Notes under the pieces: generated by a model
Seen by the model: the letters and a program-made list of their open reading frames with translations, nothing else
The model's database searches: none
Told to the model about the DNA's origin: nothing
In this document: positions 1 through 10,088 of the stretch, one piece after another
How positions within the stretch are numbered: the stretch's first letter is position 1
Layout: each line of letters begins with the position of its first letter
Position numbers and translations under genes: made by a program
IMG/VR virus record: IMGVR_UViG_3300042502_001233
Coordinates: 186,001-250,000 of that record
Strand: one strand, 5' to 3'
DNA: 64,000 nucleotides

Positions 1-2
1 TA

Positions 3-1457
3 ACTATTGACACAAAACAATGGGGTAATAAATTGGTTAAACTATTCGAAAAAAATCCTGAATATGGTATCATCGGTGTTGCTGGTAGCAAAAACATGCC
101 AGAGTCTGGTCAATGGTGGGAAAATAGAAGTAAAATGTATGGTCGCGTTCAACACACGCACGAAGGCAAAACTTGGTTATCAAGTTATTCTGAGGACTTA
201 GGTCAAGAACTTGAAGAAATTGTTGTTTGTGATGGTGTTTGGTTTTCTGTTGATAAAAGAAGATTGAAAAAAGAATTTAACGAAGAAGTTGAAGGGTTTC
301 ATTTTTATGATGTAACCTTTGCTTTTGAAAATTACCTACAAGGTGTTAAAGTTGGTGTAACAACTGCTATTAGAATCAATCACCAATCTATCGGTATGAC
401 CAACGAAGCGTGGGAAAAAAACAGAGCCGATTTCGCTGAAGCTTTTCAAGCATTCTTACCAGCAAACGTAAAGAAAACACTTCGAAAAGGGCAAAAACTT
501 AAAGTACTTATTGGTTGTTTAAGTTTTTCAAATTATACTGGTTCTGAGTTATATGTTTTTGAATTGGCAAAACAATTAATCAAACAAGGTTGTGAGGTTT
601 CTGTGTGTTCTAGTATCGGAGAACCTTTGTTATCTGCGGCAAATAAACTAGGGGTTAAAATGTATAGTATACAAGAACCACCTGGGTTTAAGTTAGGTGA
701 TGGTAAATGGATGTTAAAATCACCACAAGGTGATGTAGTCTCACAACCAAACACATTGTACAAAGTACAAGATGTTAATTTTGATGTGATTCACTTAAAC
801 CACAAACCAGTTACGGAACATTTATTGAGATTCTATCCAGAAACACCAGTAATTTGTTCTATACATTCAGAAGTAATATCTTTGGAGGAGCCAGTTATTT
901 CACCTCAAATAAAACAATACATCGCCATTAGACCAGAGATTAAAAAACACATTGTGGATACTTTTGGTGTTGATAAAGATTTGGTTAGTGTTATTTATAA
1001 CCCAATTGATGCTGATAAATTTAAAGTAGTTAACACAACTGAAAAACGAAATAAAAAAAGAATACTTTTTGTTGGTACCATTGATTATCTTAGAAGAAAC
1101 ACAATTCAAGATTTGATAAATGTTACTCGAGAAAACAACCAAGAACTTTGGATTCTTGGGAAGAAAAACGATACGTATTTAGATGAGATAATAACCAACG
1201 AACCACATGTAACATATCATGAACCTACATCTAATGTTGAAAAATTCATTCACCAATGTGATGAAACCGCTGGGATACTTTTAGGTAGAACAACTATTGA
1301 AGGTTGGATGTGTGGAAAATCTGGTTGGATTTACAATGTTGATTCTACTGGGGTTATATTGTCAAAAGCATTACATGAAGTACCTACAGACGTCGATAAA
1401 TTCAACAGCAAAAACATAACAACCCAAATAATTGAAGAATATAAAAAAATATTATAA
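3..1457 (+). CDS. Two-domain glycosyltransferase (N-terminal GT2-like, C-terminal GT4/GT-B); 5' end truncated by the window
   Basis: The frame is open back to position 3. GIIGVAG and FHFYD motifs (GT2-like), then TGSELY and ILFVGTID (GT-B fold). Confidence 0.8.
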   Translation, partial: TIDTKQWGNKLVKLFEKNPEYGIIGVAGSKNMPESGQWWENRSKMYGRVQHTHEGKTWLSSYSEDLGQELEEIVVCDGVWFSVDKRRLKKEFNEEVEGFHFYDVTFAFENYLQGVKVGVTTAIRINHQSIGMTNEAWEKNRADFAEAFQAFLPANVKKTLRKGQKLKVLIGCLSFSNYTGSELYVFELAKQLIKQGCEVSVCSSIGEPLLSAANKLGVKMYSIQEPPGFKLGDGKWMLKSPQGDVVSQPNTLYKVQDVNFDVIHLNHKPVTEHLLRFYPETPVICSIHSEVISLEEPVISPQIKQYIAIRPEIKKHIVDTFGVDKDLVSVIYNPIDADKFKVVNTTEKRNKKRILFVGTIDYLRRNTIQDLINVTRENNQELWILGKKNDTYLDEIITNEPHVTYHEPTSNVEKFIHQCDETAGILLGRTTIEGWMCGKSGWIYNVDSTGVILSKALHEVPTDVDKFNSKNITTQIIEEYKKIL

Positions 1458-2407
1458 TGAATGTAATAGAATGGTTTAGAAGAAAAGTTGCTGTAGTGTC
1501 ATTAGCTTTAAGCAACGTTGAAAAAGGTGCGTTGACGCAGACTGGTGAAGGTTTATCTAGCGATGTAACACATAGTCAAAGACTTAGTCAAGGTCAAGTT
1601 GCTGATTCGTTGATAAATGGCGAGGTGACGCAAGAGGTCTTAAACCTAAAATGGAGAACATACAAAGTTTTAAAAGCTACTGAAGGTCTTACAGCTGAAA
1701 TAGTTGGTTATGATGAAGACGGTATGCCTATTGTTAAAACTCAAAAAAAAAGTAAGAAAAAAGGTCTTAAAAAAGTAAAACTAGATACTGTTGATGATTA
1801 TGTGTTAGAGATGGTTGTCGACAATAGTGAGATTGTATTATCTGGAAGTCAAGCGATGGATAACGAACATATTAGCTTGTTAGATGAGGTTATGTTAAAC
1901 GATGGAGAGATGGGTCAAACAGCTACTCATGGTAGTATTGATTCTGACAAATATTTTATAACGAGTAAAACTGAACGACCTATAAAAATTGGTAGAGACA
2001 CAGTACCAAATTTTTACATAGAAAATTTTGCTAAAAAATTAAATGTTAGAAAAATAAATAAAAATAAAAGACTTTTAGAATTCTATGTTAGTAAATATGT
2101 TAACGAAGACAACAGAACTAGTAGACTATTTATTAGCGCTATAAAAAAAGTTATGAACGGTAACGCACAAAAACAAAGTTTTATAGACCTTAAAGATGTA
2201 GAATTTGTTACTTACAAAAGTTTAGGTGTTGAAGATTATTTAGAGTTTAAATACGATATAGAATCTTTTGATAAAATAATTGAATTTAACGGATTCTATG
2301 TTATAAAATTTGTGGCCAAAGTTACGACTAACGGTAAATATATTTTTGAAGAACATAGAGTAGATGAGTTAGATAAAAAATACGAACAAAAAGCTAGTAA
2401 AAAATGA
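1457..2407 (+). CDS. Hypothetical protein
   Basis: 316-aa ORF coupled to its neighbours by stop/start overlaps; no recognisable motif. Confidence 0.7.
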   Translation: MNVIEWFRRKVAVVSLALSNVEKGALTQTGEGLSSDVTHSQRLSQGQVADSLINGEVTQEVLNLKWRTYKVLKATEGLTAEIVGYDEDGMPIVKTQKKSKKKGLKKVKLDTVDDYVLEMVVDNSEIVLSGSQAMDNEHISLLDEVMLNDGEMGQTATHGSIDSDKYFITSKTERPIKIGRDTVPNFYIENFAKKLNVRKINKNKRLLEFYVSKYVNEDNRTSRLFISAIKKVMNGNAQKQSFIDLKDVEFVTYKSLGVEDYLEFKYDIESFDKIIEFNGFYVIKFVAKVTTNGKYIFEEHRVDELDKKYEQKASKK

Positions 2408-3123
2408 TAGTGATATTAACAACTTTATATAACGCTGAAGATTATATCGGTAAATGTATCAAATCAATAAAAAAACAAAAAAACACCGATTATAAGTGTT
2501 TTATATTAAATGATTTATCCACAGATATGTCAGCAAATATAGCTGAAGAATTAATAAAGGGTGATGATAGGTTTATGTTGATAAATAATTCAGTGAAAAT
2601 GTATCAACCAGGAAATTATAATCAAATAATCAATGGTGACTACGGATTGAAAGATGATGATATTATAGTCGAATTAGATGGCGATGATTGGTTTCCAGAT
2701 GAGCATGTTTTAGATAGAATTTATGAAGCATACTCAGATGGTGAAACTTGGATTACAAATGGTAGTTTTGTTTACTCAAATGGTCAAGCTGGTTTTTCAT
2801 CTAGACAACAAATAAATAATTTGAGGGCGATTAGTTTTACCGCGTCACACCTTAGAACATGGAAAGCTTTTTTATGGAGAAAAATAAAACAGGAAGATTT
2901 AAAAGATGAAAACGGTGAATATTGGAGAGTTGCTGGTGATTTATCTTTTATGTTCCCAATGCTAGAAATGTCTGGTGATGAACATTATAAATTTTTGTCA
3001 GAGACAAATTATGTTTACAATGAACAAAACCCATTAAATGACCACAAAGTCAATATGAGTTCAGTAAATGATATTGTTACAAAATTAAGAAACAAAACAC
3101 CTTACAACAAACTAAATAACTAG
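2404..3123 (+). CDS. GT2 family glycosyltransferase
   Basis: YNAEDYIGKCIKSI, FILNDLSTD and ELDGDD (DxD) motifs. Confidence 0.85.
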   Translation: MIVILTTLYNAEDYIGKCIKSIKKQKNTDYKCFILNDLSTDMSANIAEELIKGDDRFMLINNSVKMYQPGNYNQIINGDYGLKDDDIIVELDGDDWFPDEHVLDRIYEAYSDGETWITNGSFVYSNGQAGFSSRQQINNLRAISFTASHLRTWKAFLWRKIKQEDLKDENGEYWRVAGDLSFMFPMLEMSGDEHYKFLSETNYVYNEQNPLNDHKVNMSSVNDIVTKLRNKTPYNKLNN

Positions 3124-3125
3124 AA

Positions 3126-3926
3126 ATGATTTATACAAATTTAAAAGGTGGGTTAGGAAATATGTTATTTCAAATCGCAGCTACAAAATCTTTTTCAATT
3201 GATTATAATGTAGGTTTTTGTTTTACAAATTTTGATGACCAATTAAATTATTTAAACCGTGATAACCTTTATAATCCATCATTAAAACACGCAAATGAAT
3301 ATAGATTAATTTTTCCAGTGTTTTGTACTGATAGACCAAACCATGGCGTTCAAATAATAAATTTTCCTTTCGAGTACCATGATATCAAATTACCACAAAA
3401 TGATGTTTATATTGATGGGTTTTTTCAAAGTGAAAAATTTTTCAAACATAACAGACAACACATTTTAGAAATGTTTGAAACACCTAGTTTTATTAAAGAA
3501 ATCATAGATGGAAAATACCCATTTATTAAAAATAAAAGAACTAGTTCTTTGCATATTCGAAGAGGTGATTATGTTAAACATGAACAATTTCACCCATTAC
3601 AAAGTTTAGAATATTATAACAACGCAATTCAAATTCTTAAAGAAAAAACAGATTTATTTGTTGTTTTTAGTGATGATATTCCATGGTGTAAAGAAAACTT
3701 AAATATAGATAATATTGTTTACATTGAAAATGAAAAAGATTATATTGAATTGTACTTGATGTCAATGTGTGATAATAATGTTATAGCAAACTCTTCATTT
3801 TCTTGGTGGGGAGCTTGGTTAAACAAAAATGAAAATAAAATAGTAATTGGACCAAAAAAATGGTTTGGTCCTCAAATAAAAAGTGACCCTAAAGATATAA
3901 TTCCAGATAATTGGATAAAACTATAA
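3126..3926 (+). CDS. Alpha-1,2-fucosyltransferase (GT11)
   Basis: GGLGNMLFQ, SLHIRRGDY, VFSDD and NSSFSWWGAWL are GT11 signature motifs. Confidence 0.9.
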   Translation: MIYTNLKGGLGNMLFQIAATKSFSIDYNVGFCFTNFDDQLNYLNRDNLYNPSLKHANEYRLIFPVFCTDRPNHGVQIINFPFEYHDIKLPQNDVYIDGFFQSEKFFKHNRQHILEMFETPSFIKEIIDGKYPFIKNKRTSSLHIRRGDYVKHEQFHPLQSLEYYNNAIQILKEKTDLFVVFSDDIPWCKENLNIDNIVYIENEKDYIELYLMSMCDNNVIANSSFSWWGAWLNKNENKIVIGPKKWFGPQIKSDPKDIIPDNWIKL

Positions 3927-3935
3927 ATTTTTAAT

Positions 3936-4346
3936 ATGGAAAAAATATATTCAAAAGTTGAAGAAGGAAAATTGCTTCACATTATAAACAGATTAGACGA
4001 AATAAATGGTCGTACTGAAGTAGTACCTGAAAATAATTTCATACAATGTGCGACATTGAAAATGGAAAAGGGTAAAACTTTTAAACCTCACAAACACATC
4101 ACAAAAGATAGACATCATCCAGAACAAATCGCCCAAGAATCTTGGGTTGTGATTAAAGGCAGTGTTAAGTGTATTTTTTATGACATCGATGATACTATTA
4201 TTGCGACACCAATTCTTAAAGCTGGTGATGCAAGCTTTACTTTATATGGTGGTCATACTTATGAAATCTTAGAAGAAGATACCATAGTTTATGAATATAA
4301 AACAGGTCCTTATGAAGGACAAGCCTTAGATAAAACTTTTTTATAA
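3936..4346 (+). CDS. Cupin-fold protein (WbuC/sugar isomerase-like)
   Basis: PHKH...QESWVV...GGH...YEYKTGPY cupin metal-binding pattern within a sugar gene cluster. Confidence 0.6.
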   Translation: MEKIYSKVEEGKLLHIINRLDEINGRTEVVPENNFIQCATLKMEKGKTFKPHKHITKDRHHPEQIAQESWVVIKGSVKCIFYDIDDTIIATPILKAGDASFTLYGGHTYEILEEDTIVYEYKTGPYEGQALDKTFL

Positions 4347-4347
4347 T

Positions 4348-5211
4348 ATGAAATTATATTCTATTATCACACCTACAAAACACGGGTGGCATTATGGTTA
4401 TGGTTTTTTTTCTAATTATAGAATATGTTTAGAGGAACTTATTAGTCACCATGAAAATGGTAAACCTGAAATACCTTATATTTCATGGGCTAACACAACA
4501 TGGGTTGAAGATATAAACCCATTTGAAAATAAAGTAGAACCTTCAGATATAAACCCATTTGATTTTTGGTTTGAACAACCAAAAATAAACCCTGAGGATA
4601 TTGTGACTATAAACAATTACCCACCTAGTAATTATGGTACTATAATAGACCACGCACAACATTATTTTGATAATAAAATCGAATTAGAAAGACAACAAAC
4701 AATAGATAGGTTATACATTAAACCAAAACAATATATTTTAGATAAAATCGATGAAATATATGAAAAAGAATTTAAAGGACATGTTGTCTTGGCTGTGATG
4801 GCTAGAGGTACTGAATATAATCTACACCATCCAATGTATGGCGTTTTCGGTGTTGAAGATTATATAAAAGAAATTAGTAAAATATTAGAAAACCATAAAG
4901 AAATAACAAAATTATTTATTGTTAGTGAAGATATGGAATATATAACAGCCCTAGCCAACGCCTTCCCTAATTCTTATTTCATGCCAGACGTATTTAGACG
5001 AACTGACGAAACGATGGAATATATAAACCACGTACATTGTTGGCCAAATGTTAGTAAAAAAAGACCAGACCATTGTAGATTATTAGGAGAAGAAGTAATC
5101 ATCCAAGCTAAATTAATGGGTAAATGTGATTATTTATTTGGTAGACTATCTGGTGTTTTAGCTGGAGCGGTGCTTTGGAATGATAACTTAAAACAAATAT
5201 TTAAAATTTAA
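4348..5211 (+). CDS. NodZ/GT23-like or O-fucosyltransferase-like protein
   Basis: LAVMARGTEY, LFIVSED and MGKCDYLFG resemble GDP-fucose-binding motifs I-III. Confidence 0.5.
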   Translation: MKLYSIITPTKHGWHYGYGFFSNYRICLEELISHHENGKPEIPYISWANTTWVEDINPFENKVEPSDINPFDFWFEQPKINPEDIVTINNYPPSNYGTIIDHAQHYFDNKIELERQQTIDRLYIKPKQYILDKIDEIYEKEFKGHVVLAVMARGTEYNLHHPMYGVFGVEDYIKEISKILENHKEITKLFIVSEDMEYITALANAFPNSYFMPDVFRRTDETMEYINHVHCWPNVSKKRPDHCRLLGEEVIIQAKLMGKCDYLFGRLSGVLAGAVLWNDNLKQIFKI

Positions 5212-5214
5212 CAA

Positions 5215-5796
5215 ATGAATAGAACAGAAATAATACAATTTTTAATTGATAAAATAGGTGGTAAAAAATATCTAGAAATAGGTATGGGTCCAGGTCTTAA
5301 TTTCAACACTATTAAATGCGACTATAAAATAAGTGTTGACCCAAACCCTACAGTTCCAGTAACACATTCAATAACCTCAGATGAATTTTTTAACCAAAAT
5401 AATGAAACTTTTGATGTTATCTTTATTGATGGGTTACATTGGTCAGAACAAGTTTATAAAGACATTGTAAATTCTTTAAACGTACTAAATGACAATGGGT
5501 ATATTATATGTCATGATATAAACCCTCATTCCGAATTCATTCAAAGATACCCACAAGCTATTCGAGAATCAGAATGGACTGGAGATTGTTGGAAAGCGTG
5601 GGTAAGGTTGAAAAGTGAACGAAGTGATTTAAACATGGCTGTTATTGACACTGATTATGGTTGCGGTGTTATAACCAAGGGTAAACAAAAATTAATAACT
5701 GTTAATGAAGAATTAACTTGGGATTTATTAGATAACAATAGAAAAGAGTTGCTTAATTTAATAACAACAGAAGATTTTTTAAAGATACATGGTTAA
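5215..5796 (+). CDS. Class I SAM-dependent methyltransferase
   Basis: YLEIGMG and FDVIFIDGLH motifs. Confidence 0.8.
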   Translation: MNRTEIIQFLIDKIGGKKYLEIGMGPGLNFNTIKCDYKISVDPNPTVPVTHSITSDEFFNQNNETFDVIFIDGLHWSEQVYKDIVNSLNVLNDNGYIICHDINPHSEFIQRYPQAIRESEWTGDCWKAWVRLKSERSDLNMAVIDTDYGCGVITKGKQKLITVNEELTWDLLDNNRKELLNLITTEDFLKIHG

Positions 5797-6319
5797 TATT
5801 ATTGGTGAAGATGTGTATATGGATTCAGATGTAGTAATAAAACACGACAATACTATTGAAGGTTCACACGTAGCTATAGATAAAGGGTTTTATTGTACGA
5901 CTAACATATCAATTGGTGATTATATACATATTGGACCATACGTTACCGTTATTGGTGGTAAAAATTCTAATTTTATCGCCAAAGGTTTTAATAACGTAAT
6001 GGCTGGTGCTAGGATTATATGTGGTTCAGATAGATTTGATGATTCTGGTTTATTTGGCGCCATGATACCTCAAGAATTAAAAGGTAAACAAATTATCAAA
6101 CCTGTAATTATGGAAGAATTTTCAAATATAGGTACTAATGCGATTGTTCTACCTGGTTCTACATTAAGAAAAGGGGTCTTATTAACCGCTGGTAGTTTAT
6201 TGATTGGTGACACAGAAGAATGGGGTGTATATAAAGGTAACCCAGCTGTTTTAATAAAAAAAATAGACGGAACTAAAATAATAGAAAATGCTAAAAAATT
6301 AGGTTATAATGAAATATAA
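5789..6319 (+). CDS. Hexapeptide-repeat (left-handed beta-helix) acyltransferase
   Basis: IGDYIHIGPYVTVIG, IGTNAIVLPG and GVYKGNPA. Confidence 0.75.
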   Translation: MVNIIGEDVYMDSDVVIKHDNTIEGSHVAIDKGFYCTTNISIGDYIHIGPYVTVIGGKNSNFIAKGFNNVMAGARIICGSDRFDDSGLFGAMIPQELKGKQIIKPVIMEEFSNIGTNAIVLPGSTLRKGVLLTAGSLLIGDTEEWGVYKGNPAVLIKKIDGTKIIENAKKLGYNEI

Positions 6320-7136
6320 ATTAGAATTTGTAAAAATAAGCCCAGAACATGAATTTGCTGGTGTTGGGTTTGCTGGTAATATTTTTATTACGTTAAACGC
6401 TTTAACTCATTTAAGTGACGATGATAAGTTATTTGTCGACATGGAAACTAACGAATGTGTGTGTACTGAGGTTGGTGTTGAATTACACGGTACTAAAAAT
6501 TCGTGGGAATATTATTTTGAACAGACAAAAATAGAACCAGAAGAAGAATATAAAACAATAAATAGTCTTATTTCAGCTAACATACATTATGAGAATAGAG
6601 ACGCTTTCATGTATCCGAATAATTTTATTTCACTTAAAAATAAGTTTTATAATTCTTTTAAGTTAAAACCTTATCTAGTAAAACTGTTAGATGATTATTA
6701 TGATGAAAATATAAAAGGAAAAATCACCTTAGGTGTCCAAGTTAGACTAACAGATATGAAACATTATCATAATGTTTCACCAGTATCTAATTACATATCA
6801 AAAATAAAAGAAATTTTATCTGAAAGGCCAGAAATTGAACAAATATTTTTAGCAACTGATGATAGTGAAGTTATTAACATAATTAAAGAAAATGTTAATA
6901 TACCTGTAATTTATTATAAAGATATGTTTAGAGCAGATGCTGCAAACCCTCATCTACACCCTTATGACAGGTTTAAAGCTAAAAGAGAATTACATAGATA
7001 TAAATTAGGTATTGAATGTATACAAGAAATATTCACACTATCTAAATGTGATTATCTATTAAAAGCTGACGTTTCCTCAGTATCAATAATTGCTAGCATA
7101 TTATCAGAAAATATAAAACAAGTATATAAATTATGA
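6309..7136 (+). CDS. Second NodZ/O-fucosyltransferase-like protein
   Basis: LGVQVRLTD, IFLATDD and LSKCDYLL motifs. Confidence 0.55.
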   Translation: MKYKLEFVKISPEHEFAGVGFAGNIFITLNALTHLSDDDKLFVDMETNECVCTEVGVELHGTKNSWEYYFEQTKIEPEEEYKTINSLISANIHYENRDAFMYPNNFISLKNKFYNSFKLKPYLVKLLDDYYDENIKGKITLGVQVRLTDMKHYHNVSPVSNYISKIKEILSERPEIEQIFLATDDSEVINIIKENVNIPVIYYKDMFRADAANPHLHPYDRFKAKRELHRYKLGIECIQEIFTLSKCDYLLKADVSSVSIIASILSENIKQVYKL

Positions 7137-7837
7137 TTTACATTATTGGAGATAGCCACGTATCTGTATTTTCTGGAACAGATACCACACATGATGGACT
7201 TAGACACATTCAACCAGAATTTGGTACTTGCTATACGTTAGAAAAAGGTCAATTAAGACCAGTTATAAATCGATTTGAACAAAAAATACCATATTTTTGT
7301 CCTATAAAAATAGGTTCACATACAGCTTATAATTCATTTAACAAAATAGAAAAGATAGATAGGGTAATTTTAGAATATAATATCACTGATAAAGATTATA
7401 TTGTTCTATGTTTTGGTGAAATTGACATTAGAAACCATGTAGGTTTTCAAGCCCAAAAACAAAACATTTCAATTGAAAAAGCGATTGAAAATTGTGTAGA
7501 CGAATACCTTAAAACTATTTTATATTATAAAGGAAAAAAATTAAACCTCTATGTTTATGGACCGCCAGCATCATCAGTGGGTTGGGCTCATAATTTAGCT
7601 GTAGATTTTGGCGATGTTGTTACTAGAAACAAAATGACATTATATTTTACTGATTATTTAAAAGAAAAACTAAAAGAACATGACATTGAAGTTTTAAGTA
7701 TCGCAAAACAAATGATGAACAATGATGGTACTACAAACCAAAAATATATTATGGATGATATACATCTTTCACAAGAAACTATGCCTTTTTTAATAGAAGA
7801 ATTTAAAGATTTAATATGCAAAACAGATTTAAAATAA
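7133..7837 (+). CDS. SGNH/GDSL hydrolase-like protein
   Basis: IIGDSH near the N terminus, GEID, and DDIHL near the C terminus. Confidence 0.65.
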   Translation: MIYIIGDSHVSVFSGTDTTHDGLRHIQPEFGTCYTLEKGQLRPVINRFEQKIPYFCPIKIGSHTAYNSFNKIEKIDRVILEYNITDKDYIVLCFGEIDIRNHVGFQAQKQNISIEKAIENCVDEYLKTILYYKGKKLNLYVYGPPASSVGWAHNLAVDFGDVVTRNKMTLYFTDYLKEKLKEHDIEVLSIAKQMMNNDGTTNQKYIMDDIHLSQETMPFLIEEFKDLICKTDLK

Positions 7838-8625
7838 ATTTAATTGGTGGTGGTTTTCAACACAGCCCTTCAACTTCTGGTTACGAACCATTATATATTG
7901 AATGGGTTAAAGGGTTACAAACAGAACCTGTATCGATGTATGTTGATTTTGCAATAAAAGGTAACATAAACCCAAACACCACTAATTACGCTTGGTTATG
8001 TGAATCTAGAACAATAAACCCAAGTATTTATGAATTTTGTTTAAACAACACAGAATACCTTAAAGAAAAATTCAAACGTGTGTTCACACATGATTCTGAA
8101 TTAAGCAAAACTTCCGATATTTTTCAACTAGTCCAATGTAGTGGTAAATCTTTTATCAATGAAGGTAAAATATACAACAAAACAAAACTAGTATCCATGG
8201 TAGCATCAAATAAACAGATGTGTGAAGAGCATAGGTATAGACAACAAATGATTCAAAAATTCTCAACCAAATGTGACCATTATGGTTGGGGTTTTAACCC
8301 TACCCCAAACAAATTAATTGCTTTAAAAGATTATTGTTTTTCCATCACTATGGAAAATGCAACATACTCAAATATGTTCACGGAAAAACTAACAGATTGT
8401 TTTATGACTGGTACGATTCCAGTGTATTTTGGTATGCCTAACATAGGTGATTTTTTTAACATGGACGGTATAATAATATTAGATGAAATTTTCAACATAG
8501 AGACCTTGACATTTTCATTATATTTAAGTAAATTAGAAGCGGTAATTGAAAATTTTGAAATTGCAAAAAATATGTTAGTTGCCGAAGATTACATCTTTAA
8601 ACACTTTTTATCCAATGAAATTTGA
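7816..8625 (+). CDS. GT10 (alpha-1,3-fucosyltransferase)-like protein
   Basis: FSITMEN...FTEKLTDCFMTGTIPVYFG matches the GT10 motif. Confidence 0.65.
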   Translation: MQNRFKINLIGGGFQHSPSTSGYEPLYIEWVKGLQTEPVSMYVDFAIKGNINPNTTNYAWLCESRTINPSIYEFCLNNTEYLKEKFKRVFTHDSELSKTSDIFQLVQCSGKSFINEGKIYNKTKLVSMVASNKQMCEEHRYRQQMIQKFSTKCDHYGWGFNPTPNKLIALKDYCFSITMENATYSNMFTEKLTDCFMTGTIPVYFGMPNIGDFFNMDGIIILDEIFNIETLTFSLYLSKLEAVIENFEIAKNMLVAEDYIFKHFLSNEI

Positions 8626-9325
8626 AACAATATATAGTTTAGGTAGTAGATGTCAAAACTCAGAAATATTAAAACATTATGGTTTTAGAGAATTTTCTGG
8701 TTTTTTTGATTTTATGAATACTGCGAAAATAGAAAATATTTTACATATACTAAAAGATGATTTTAAGGAATTGTTAAAACCTGAAAATAATTTTAGTATA
8801 ATTTGTAATCAAACAACTTATGAACCAGAAACTGGTATACCTTTACATTCATCAGTTAGAACTAGTAATAAATATTATAATGAAGACTACACAGGTGTTC
8901 ATAGCGCTATTTTTCCACACCATGATTTAAATTCTGAAAAAGATAGAAAACACTTTGAAACATGTTACAAAAGATTTAAAAATTTAATAAATTTTAACGT
9001 ATTGTTTAATTATACTTTTAATAGTTGGGAAAACAACATAACAACAAAAGATATGGAAACCATGGTCGAGACAATGATTAACGTTCATGGTTTTAAAACT
9101 TTTAAAATATGTTTTATTAGATTAAAGTTTGGTAATAATAATGAATATAAATTAATTCATGATGAAGAAAAATATAATTTATGGGAATTAACTATTTCAC
9201 CTAATAGTTTTACTGGTGGTCGTTTTTTAAACACAAAAGATAATGAAAATTATATAGAAATAATAAAAAATAATGGTATTTGCGATTCGCGAATCACAAA
9301 GGAAAAAATAGATGATTATGAATAA
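8615..9325 (+). CDS. DUF1796 (papain-like peptidase)-like protein
   Basis: The ATG at 8615 overlaps the upstream stop; SLGSRC...LK...FREFSGFFDF pattern. Confidence 0.5.
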   Translation: MKFETIYSLGSRCQNSEILKHYGFREFSGFFDFMNTAKIENILHILKDDFKELLKPENNFSIICNQTTYEPETGIPLHSSVRTSNKYYNEDYTGVHSAIFPHHDLNSEKDRKHFETCYKRFKNLINFNVLFNYTFNSWENNITTKDMETMVETMINVHGFKTFKICFIRLKFGNNNEYKLIHDEEKYNLWELTISPNSFTGGRFLNTKDNENYIEIIKNNGICDSRITKEKIDDYE

Positions 9326-10073
9326 AACCCAACATTACAATCCATGGCCTATAGGTAAGGTGCCAAAAGAATTACAAAGACCTGAATTAGATAGGTTAAA
9401 AGAATTAGGTTATCATTGGGATGACCCTAGAGATGTTGTGTTAATGTTTGAAGAAAAAGTTGCTGCTTTTGCTGGTAGTAAATATGCGGTATCTGTTGAC
9501 TGTTGTTCACACGGTTTGTTCTTATCTTTAGAGTATTTAAAACACACTAAAGAAGTTAAAAAAGATGATATAATAACTATACCAAAAATGACGTATGTGT
9601 CGGCTCCGATGCAAATTATACACGCTGGATTGGGTGTTAAATTTGAAGATTTAGAATGGTCTGGTTTATACCAATTCAAAAGCACTAGAATTTGGGATGC
9701 AGCTGTTAGATGGAACAAAGGTATGTATGTTGGTGACAATGCTTTACAAGTGGTTTCCTTTCAAATAAAAAAGAGGGTACCTATCGGAAAAGGTGGTATC
9801 ATTCTTACTGACGATTTTGAAGCTTATAAATGGCTTAAATTGGCTTCATATGATGGTAGAGACCTAAACACACAATATACTGACGTAAATCACGTGCAAA
9901 TGCTTGGATATCATATGTACATGACACCTGAGGATGCAGCTAGAGGTATAATTCTTATGGATAGCGTCCCAGAATATAATGAAGACACTGGTAACCATAC
10001 AACATATGTTGATGTAAGTAAAATATTTGATAATATTTTTTTAACCATTGACAAAATTAAAAAAAATAACTAA
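9312..10073 (+). CDS. DegT/DnrJ/EryC1/StrS PLP-dependent sugar aminotransferase (short form)
   Basis: FEEKVAAFAGSKYAVSVDCCSHGL, IWDAA and SFQIKK (PLP lysine region). Confidence 0.8.
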   Translation: MIMNKTQHYNPWPIGKVPKELQRPELDRLKELGYHWDDPRDVVLMFEEKVAAFAGSKYAVSVDCCSHGLFLSLEYLKHTKEVKKDDIITIPKMTYVSAPMQIIHAGLGVKFEDLEWSGLYQFKSTRIWDAAVRWNKGMYVGDNALQVVSFQIKKRVPIGKGGIILTDDFEAYKWLKLASYDGRDLNTQYTDVNHVQMLGYHMYMTPEDAARGIILMDSVPEYNEDTGNHTTYVDVSKIFDNIFLTIDKIKKNN

Positions 10074-10088
10074 ATTTAAAATAAAAAA